From assembly GCA_027858855.1 (NCBI GenBank), contig JAQIBV010000039.1, forward strand, positions 84,990 to 148,989: 64,000 nt of DNA. Direction: 5' to 3'. The position numbers and the translations under genes were made by a program. Each line of letters starts with the position of its first letter. Within the stretch, counting starts at the first letter, position 1. Below, one piece after another: positions 57,663 through 64,000 of this stretch. The notes beneath the pieces are model-generated. The model was given only the letters and a program-made list of their open reading frames with translations. It was not told the DNA's origin and searched no databases. Origin of the DNA: Spirochaetota bacterium. GTDB taxonomy: Bacteria > Spirochaetota > UBA4802 > JAFGJZ01.

Positions 57663-58286
57663 ATGAGATATTTTTCTTCACTTCCACTCGAAATTCCCTA
57701 TAAACAGATTTATTCCCGTCTGGGATATTCTCAGCATCGTACTTCCTTGGATGAAAAAACACGTGCAACTATCGATTCTGCTATTCGTAAGGGTTTTGAT
57801 CTCTGCTCTTTTCAGGGTGTTTATACAACTGTAAAAATTACAAAACTTGAAAACAGCAGCTTTCATCTGCAAACCGGCCAGTTGATTCGTTCGGAATATC
57901 TTGCCGGGAAACTTGCTGACTTCAGTTCACTTATATTAATGGGCGCAACTTCCGGAAAAGCAATAACCGAAGAGACCGACAGACTGATGAAACTGGGTAA
58001 TAACAGCACGGCAGTTATCTATGACGCTGTTGGAAGTGAATCTACCGATGCAATTCTTGACTATCTGCAGAAGTACTCAGCAATGGAGTATGCCCGATAC
58101 GGAGCCGTGCTCTCTAAACGACGCTACTCTCCAGGATATGGAGACATTTCACTCGAAGTACAAAAAATCATTTACGATATTCTTAATCTTTCAGAATATG
58201 GGATTTTTCTGAATCAACATTATCAGCTGATACCTGAAAAAAGTGTGTTGGCAATAGCGGGTACAACATATCATGACGAAAAATGA
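57663..58286 (+). CDS. methionine synthase reactivation (AdoMet-binding) domain protein, stand-alone
   Basis: RRYSPGYGD matches the RxxxGY AdoMet-binding motif of the MetH activation module. ATG 57663 is preceded by AGAAGGA. Confidence 0.75.
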   Translation: MRYFSSLPLEIPYKQIYSRLGYSQHRTSLDEKTRATIDSAIRKGFDLCSFQGVYTTVKITKLENSSFHLQTGQLIRSEYLAGKLADFSSLILMGATSGKAITEETDRLMKLGNNSTAVIYDAVGSESTDAILDYLQKYSAMEYARYGAVLSKRRYSPGYGDISLEVQKIIYDILNLSEYGIFLNQHYQLIPEKSVLAIAGTTYHDEK

Positions 58287-59967
58287 TTTCAAGCTTCTCT
58301 GCGCAAAAAAAACAGTAATATTTGACGGATCAACCGGTGTTGAACTCATCAGCCGCGGCATGACATTCAGCAGGTCACTTGAGACTGCTCTGCTTAAAGA
58401 TCCGGATAAATTGATACAACTTCAACGGGAATACTGTTCGGCTGGATCTGATATTATTATTACCCCAACACTGGGCGCAAATCGGATCAAGATGGCTGAA
58501 CATGGTTTTACAGATTCAACTGAAGACTTAAATTATGAACTGACCAAACTCTCTCTTTCTGCTGTCAATGATAAGACATTAATCTTTGGTGACATCTCTT
58601 CAACCGGACGCTTTGTAGAACCATTTGGAGATCTTGAATTTGAAGATGCGGTCGACACCTACAAGGAGCAGGTAAGGGGACTGATTCGCGGAGGCGTAGA
58701 GGGATTTTTAATAGAGACAATTATTGATCTGCAGGAGGCTCGTGCTGCCCTTCTTGCCGTTACCGAGAGTTGCGATCTACCCGTCATAATCTGCCTCAGC
58801 TTTGACAAAGACGGCACAACCATTAATGGTAACTCCGCAGAAAGTGTTGCTGTAACGCTGCAAAGTCTTGGAGCAGATGCCATTGGCTGCAACTGTTCTA
58901 CCGGTCCTGCCGAGATGCTCCCTGTTATAAAACGTATAAGAGCTGTTACGTCTCTGCCTTTGATGGTTAAACCTAATGCTGGGCTGCCAGCACTTCGTGA
59001 TGGAAAGACCTATTTTCCGATGGGTGTAGATGAATTTATCTCTTTTACTCATCTCTTCCATGATGCCGGTGTTTCTCTTATTGGAGGATGTTGCGGGACA
59101 AACCCAGACTTCATTGCCGCCCTGTCTGAACAGTGCAAAGGCCTTGTGCCTATTTCAAAAACAGGTAATCCAGACTCACTTACCGCCTCACATCGTCGTG
59201 TCTGGCGCTTCTGTGGTGAACAGTTCACCCTTATTGGTGAAAGAATTAATCCAACAGGCAAAAAGGAGTTTCAGAAACAGCTCAGAGATGGGAACCTCTC
59301 CATGATACAGACCTTCGCCGCAGAACAGGAAAATCTTGGTGCCTCGCTTCTTGATGTTAACATGGGCCTTTCTGGGATTGATGAGCAGGAAATGATGGTG
59401 AAATCAGTCTCGCTGCTTTCAAAGGTGTCTCCGCTTCCGCTATGTATCGACAGTACTCGTCCGGAAGTTATCGAAAAGGCCTTACGCATCTATCCGGGAA
59501 GAGCACTTGTCAATTCAATCTCCGGTGAAAAGAGCCGTATTGAAGAGACTCTGCCGATTGCCGCCAAATATGGAGCCATGCTGATTATATTGCCACTTGA
59601 TGACAATGGAATTCCAAAAACATTTGAAGAACGTGTTACAATTATAAATACAATAATTAAAGAAGCCGCAGGTTACGGTTATACAACCGCCGATATGGTT
59701 ATTGACGGACTTGTCATGACAATAAGCTCAGATCAACAAGCCGCACAAACAACACTCCGTCTGATAAGTTGGTGTAAAAAACAGGGCATAAACAGTGTCT
59801 GCGGTCTTTCAAACGTATCATTCGGTTTACCGCAGCGGGATATCGTTAACAGCGCGTTTCTTGCTCTAGCTGCCCGTAATGGACTTACATCGGCAATTGC
59901 GAACCCGTCCAGTGAACAGCTGCGCGGAATAATTAATGCTATTAACAGTGAGGGGTGTTTGGTATGA
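58273..59967 (+). CDS. MetH-like protein: homocysteine-binding plus pterin (methyl-THF)-binding modules
   Basis: Zn ligands GCNCSTGP and GGCCGTNP. Pterin barrel motifs IGERINPTG, NSISGE and GLSNVSFGLP. No B12 domain. Confidence 0.88.
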   Translation: MTKNDFKLLCAKKTVIFDGSTGVELISRGMTFSRSLETALLKDPDKLIQLQREYCSAGSDIIITPTLGANRIKMAEHGFTDSTEDLNYELTKLSLSAVNDKTLIFGDISSTGRFVEPFGDLEFEDAVDTYKEQVRGLIRGGVEGFLIETIIDLQEARAALLAVTESCDLPVIICLSFDKDGTTINGNSAESVAVTLQSLGADAIGCNCSTGPAEMLPVIKRIRAVTSLPLMVKPNAGLPALRDGKTYFPMGVDEFISFTHLFHDAGVSLIGGCCGTNPDFIAALSEQCKGLVPISKTGNPDSLTASHRRVWRFCGEQFTLIGERINPTGKKEFQKQLRDGNLSMIQTFAAEQENLGASLLDVNMGLSGIDEQEMMVKSVSLLSKVSPLPLCIDSTRPEVIEKALRIYPGRALVNSISGEKSRIEETLPIAAKYGAMLIILPLDDNGIPKTFEERVTIINTIIKEAAGYGYTTADMVIDGLVMTISSDQQAAQTTLRLISWCKKQGINSVCGLSNVSFGLPQRDIVNSAFLALAARNGLTSAIANPSSEQLRGIINAINSEGCLV

Positions 59968-62147
59968 GTCGGTTTAAAGCTCTTCTTGATAAAGGAATTG
60001 TGTTTCTTGACGGGGCCACTGGAACTGAACTGTCAAAACGGGGAATGCCAACTGGTGTCTCACCGGAGCTGTGGGTACGTGATAATCCAGAATCTATTCA
60101 GTCCGTGCAGCGCGACTACTATTCAGCCGGCAGCGACATTGTTTACAGTTGCACATTCGGTGGTAACAGAATCAAACTTTCACAATATACCCAAGAGACA
60201 GATGATACTCCTCAGATAAACAGCGATCTTGCTCAAATATCGAAATCTATCTCTGATGAAAAGCTGGTCTTTGGTGACATGGCTCCAACCGGAAAATTCA
60301 TAGAACCTTTCGGATCTCTCACCTTCGATGAAGCAGTTGAAGTGTACCGTGAACAGGCTCAGGGACTCCGTGATGGTGGTGTTGATGGATTGGTTATAGA
60401 GACCATGATGGACATACAGGAGGTCCGCGCTGCGCTTCTGGGGGCTCGTCTGGCAGCCGGAGAGCTTCCCGTGGTTGTAACCATGACATTTGATTCTGAC
60501 GGCTATACCCTTAATGGAACACATATAAGATCGGCCCTGAGTATTGTACAGTCGATGGGGGCAGCAGCCTTTGGTTGTAACTGTTCAACCGGCCCTGCCG
60601 AAATGCTAGAACTGATACGTCTAATTTCAAATGATGCCCGTATACCGTTGATGGCAAAGCCGAACGCAGGCCTGCCTAAGCTTGTAAATGGTGAAACAAC
60701 TTTTACCATGGAACCTGATGAATTTGCCTCTTTTGGGAAGGACTTTATAGAGGCTGGCGTTCATATAATCGGTGGTTGCTGTGGTACTACACCGGTTCAT
60801 ATCCAAAGACTTAAAGAAGAGCTGACAGCAGTTACTCCTGTTAAACGCCCACGACCGCAATCACTAATTCTTGGAACGGCAAAGGAGGGTGTATCAACAT
60901 CGCCCAAAGAGCCGATGCTTGTTGTCGACTCTTCAGATACAGGACGTTTTGTACAATGTACACCTGAAGAGCTGATCAAATCGATGAAAGCCTATGTTAT
61001 TCATGACTCTAAGATACCGCTTATAAGTTACGAATCTTCGTTATACAAAGTGACTGAACGAGCATTGCGACTATATCCCGGTCGTGGAGTTATTCTAACT
61101 AGTGAAAAGGATTATTCAGAAATAAGGGATATTGCCATTCGCTACGGTTCGGTTGTCCTGTTTAAAGCCGCTGTATCACATCCTTTATCTTCCGAACACG
61201 ACACCGTTGTCATAACTGACAGTAAAATAGACTCAGGTAATGCGAATGAAGAGGGACACACCCTTTTTTCAGCATATTCACTCGAAAGATCATCCTCCTC
61301 AGACATGGAAGACTCTGAACTTCTCTATTCAATTGCATCTTTCTACCAGAAACCAGCTCCAATAATAGTTGGAACACCAAACAAGAAAATATTAGCTTTT
61401 ATAGCGGCATACAACGCTTTAACGGGGCGTGACCACAAACTTTCTCTTCTTATGAAAACATTGCATGAAGATAACAGAATTGGACAATCAGGTACGGAAT
61501 CCAAATCAGAGAGCAATAACCCGGTTTATGATGCTGTTCTACATGGTAACGACACAGGAATCGAAGCCGCAATTAGATCCGCTCTTGATATCGGTCTTGA
61601 CCCGAAACAGATTGTAGACGATCAGCTTATACCTGCAATTAATCAGGTGGGTGAGCTCTACGAAAAAAAAGAGTACTTTCTTCCTCAATTGATAATGAGT
61701 GCCGATGCAATGCGCAAAGGATTCACGGTTCTTGAACCTCATTTGGCTGCAAAAAGCGAAGTACAGAAAAAAGACGGAACAATAGTAATTGCCACTGTAA
61801 AGGGTGACATACATGACATTGGTAAAAATATTGTGACTCTAATGTTACGCAACTACAATTTCGAAGTTATCGACCTTGGCAAAGATGTAGACGATGAAAC
61901 AATAATTAACAAGGCTCTTGAAGTTAATGCCGACATTATCGCGCTTTCGGCATTGATGACAACAACAATGACAGGAATGAAGCAGGTTGTAGAAAGTGCG
62001 AAGGCTCGTAACTGTAAGGCAAAGATTATTATTGGTGGTGCCGTTGTTGATCAGAACTACAGCGACGAAATAGGCGCCGACGGATACTCCCCCGACGCTA
62101 TGGAGGCTGTTAAACTGGCTAAGCGATTAGTTGCAAACGAAAAGTGA
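59964..62147 (+). CDS. metH: MetH-like protein: second homocysteine-binding module, decayed pterin-like region, B12 cap and B12-binding domain
   Basis: GCNCSTGP and GGCCGTTP. The central region keeps only ALRLYPGRGVILTSEKD-type traces of the pterin barrel. B12 motifs DIHDIGKN (DxHxxG), SALMTTT and IIGGA. ATGA overlap with the upstream gene. Confidence 0.85.
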   Translation: MSRFKALLDKGIVFLDGATGTELSKRGMPTGVSPELWVRDNPESIQSVQRDYYSAGSDIVYSCTFGGNRIKLSQYTQETDDTPQINSDLAQISKSISDEKLVFGDMAPTGKFIEPFGSLTFDEAVEVYREQAQGLRDGGVDGLVIETMMDIQEVRAALLGARLAAGELPVVVTMTFDSDGYTLNGTHIRSALSIVQSMGAAAFGCNCSTGPAEMLELIRLISNDARIPLMAKPNAGLPKLVNGETTFTMEPDEFASFGKDFIEAGVHIIGGCCGTTPVHIQRLKEELTAVTPVKRPRPQSLILGTAKEGVSTSPKEPMLVVDSSDTGRFVQCTPEELIKSMKAYVIHDSKIPLISYESSLYKVTERALRLYPGRGVILTSEKDYSEIRDIAIRYGSVVLFKAAVSHPLSSEHDTVVITDSKIDSGNANEEGHTLFSAYSLERSSSSDMEDSELLYSIASFYQKPAPIIVGTPNKKILAFIAAYNALTGRDHKLSLLMKTLHEDNRIGQSGTESKSESNNPVYDAVLHGNDTGIEAAIRSALDIGLDPKQIVDDQLIPAINQVGELYEKKEYFLPQLIMSADAMRKGFTVLEPHLAAKSEVQKKDGTIVIATVKGDIHDIGKNIVTLMLRNYNFEVIDLGKDVDDETIINKALEVNADIIALSALMTTTMTGMKQVVESAKARNCKAKIIIGGAVVDQNYSDEIGADGYSPDAMEAVKLAKRLVANEK

Positions 62148-62345
62148 AAACGTGCCAAGCATGGCTGACGTTTGCGCCAGGCCTTAAGCCGGTGGCGCGA
62201 TTTTTGCCTTTTGCAAAAATCGTGCCAAGCAAATGAGGCGTAGCCCGGAGCCCGACTAGGGCGAAGCTGTCGACGCGTTGCTATGTGACGGTGTTGGGCC
62301 TTGAAATCTCTCCGGGGCGTACGTCTTGTGCGCCAATTCTGGAAA
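62148..62345. other. GC-rich, hairpin-dense non-coding segment between convergent genes (candidate structured RNA or foreign fragment)
   Basis: Visibly more GC-rich than its surroundings. Hairpins: aaacgtgcca-agca-tggc(tg)acgttt, gcgccaggc-cttaa-gcc(gg)tggcgc, and cgatttttgc-ctttt-gcaaaaatcg. Direct repeat cgtgccaagca at 62151 and 62221. Confidence 0.5.
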
Positions 62346-62474
62346 GGAATCTATTTTTTTGAAGAGACATACTGCATTTTATATACAGTACAAATAAGGG
62401 TTATTTACCAGAGTAATCCCCTGGCACCCGCAGGATTTTTGTGAACAAAAACCTACAAGGGAGTAGTACTGTGA

Positions 62475-63053
62475 TTATTTAAAATTTATCGCTATAACAG
62501 GTGTACGGTATTTTTTACCGGAACTATCTGCAAATTGAAAAAATACATAATTCTCACCTATATCTAAGATTATTGGAAAACTATCTATCTTAACTTTATC
62601 AGTTACAGATGTATCAACTTTTCCACCAGCTAACTCTATAACTATAGACAAAGCATTGATCAATTCTGCTAGTACTGGAGTAGGATCATTAACAGGAAGA
62701 ATATATGTCCCGTTTAACCAACAACCAACAACAGTCAAAGCACCGGCTCGTGATAAATTAGCCGGTATTGTGACTGCGGTATCAGCTGTCGCTTTATCTG
62801 TATCATCTACCTGAGTTGATTTGGTTCCCTCAATCTTTTCCCCATTTACACTAAGATTTTCAGGTTCTATAACCTCAGCATCAGCTGGATAATTATCCAT
62901 ATCTGCAACGGCATTATCAATCGTAACAGCATCGGCATCGTCATTATCAATTATAACAGCATCGGCATCGGCACTGGAATCTCCTCCTCCATCATCACTG
63001 CAACCTGCAAAAAACAGCATCAGGGCTAAAAACAGAACAACTGGATATTTCAT
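62475..63053 (-). CDS. lipoprotein, hypothetical, with an acidic ADA(D/V)-rich repeat region
   Basis: MKYPVVLFLALMLFFAGC lipobox, followed by SADADAVIIDNDDADAVTIDNAVADMDNYPADAEVIEPE. Confidence 0.65.
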   Translation of the reverse strand: MKYPVVLFLALMLFFAGCSDDGGGDSSADADAVIIDNDDADAVTIDNAVADMDNYPADAEVIEPENLSVNGEKIEGTKSTQVDDTDKATADTAVTIPANLSRAGALTVVGCWLNGTYILPVNDPTPVLAELINALSIVIELAGGKVDTSVTDKVKIDSFPIILDIGENYVFFQFADSSGKKYRTPVIAINFK

Positions 63054-63736
63054 ACTGACCTCCATTATAAAAATAAAATTTTGAGATTATTTCTAAGCAT
63101 AAAATGAAAACATACGGTAATAATCTGAATAATACAGCAAAATTGAAATTTGTCTACAATTTTAACACTTCACAACCCTAAATAATACGACAATTTTAAA
63201 CGCTCTTGATTTTTTTGACTTAGATTATAAAATCCTTTTTGGTTTATTTAAAAATGCAGAAAATCAATTAATTGAAGCTGACATTGATAACAATTATCAT
63301 TAAGAAGTTTACTTGACAATTCCCCAAATAGTTTCACTGTTTTCATATTATAACTATTTGGAGAAACCTTGTGTAAAGGTTCATATTTTTATATTTTTAG
63401 GATGTTATGATAATACTACACTGATCAATTACTGTGTTGAAGAAAACGATTGATGGCACTATCTTATACTTAAGAAGTGAGAAGAACTTGAGTATGAGAG
63501 ATTGAACTGGTCGGTTATTTCGTAATCTGCTCGCTCATGCATCCTTCCTGAGGACTTTCTACGGAGTTGAAAACAACGGTGATTTTAGGTTTGGGCTTGT
63601 TGGTTTTTGCTTCGTCTTTTAGATAGTATGGGTGTGACTCTCAAAAGTTAGCGTGCTAATTCTATTTACAAAAAAATGTGAAATAGAAACAGGGACACAT
63701 TACTATGTAGTAAATAGTAACAATACATAGAGGAGG

Positions 63737-63994
63737 TCACACCCATGAATAAGAAAATAGCATACCTTGGAATGTATGTCCTGTCTCAAAAATAATTGTA
63801 GGTCCGTCTTCACCCTTTTTAACATAGTTTAAATTATACCCGCCGACATCTACAAATGAACCAAATGGTAAAATGTCTTTTTCAGCGGCATATCTGGATA
63901 TCCGCTCGAAAACAAATCCGCAGATTAATAAAAATAATAAAATTGTTGTTAAAATAAAAAAACTATTTCTGATATAAATAAATAACATTTTCAA
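63737..63994 (-). pseudogene. alpha/beta-hydrolase gene truncated after about 84 codons
   Basis: N-terminal TM plus LPFGSFVDVGGYNLNYVKKGEDGPTIIFETG......W is the usual start of membrane-anchored alpha/beta hydrolases. The stop TGA lies inside an 11-bp inverted repeat. No nucleophile elbow follows. Confidence 0.45.
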
Positions 63995-64000
63995 AAATTT

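Noticed and set aside
62148-62345. Cobalamin or SAH riboswitch associated with metH.
   Set aside because: The segment is downstream of both convergent flanking genes, so it cannot act as a 5' leader. I could not find a B12-box-like element. It is kept as an unexplained structured region instead.

Overview
AT-rich (by eye), densely packed bacterial chromosomal segment. It is dominated by housekeeping operons: glmS, an EF-G paralogue, glgX, pta, rlmN, PBP1A, pheST, aspS-phoH-7TMR_HD-ybeY, tilS-ftsH, recG-trkHA, dinB, murB and a split metH. Many neighbouring genes overlap by 1-22 nt (TAATG/ATGA junctions), which suggests translationally coupled operons. No rRNA, tRNA, CRISPR array, prophage or canonical defence island was recognised. 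Accessory or decayed DNA sits at both edges. On the left are an ISL3-type transposase remnant, a very AT-rich orphan membrane ORF and a pile-up of intergenic repeats upstream of glmS. On the right are a truncated alpha/beta-hydrolase gene and long non-coding spacers. The items most worth follow-up are: (1) a dispersed intergenic repeat family with at least four copies plus fragments; (2) a long coiled-coil gene split exactly at an A_AAA_AAT slippery heptamer; (3) a YihY-family membrane protein carrying an inserted six-blade Asp-box propeller; (4) dinB translationally coupled to a PolB-exo-like 3'-5' exonuclease, with a second DnaQ-type exonuclease fused to a WYL domain two genes downstream; (5) a three-gene methionine synthase with a duplicated Hcy domain and a decayed pterin module; (6) orphan GC-rich hairpins and a GC-rich structured spacer after metH. 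Taxon cannot be assigned from the sequence alone. PPC-repeat lipoproteins, the EF-G paralogue and TlyC-type CBS proteins would fit a spirochaete-like diderm, but that is speculation. I did not find one compelling self-contained novel multi-gene system; the findings are individual anomalies.
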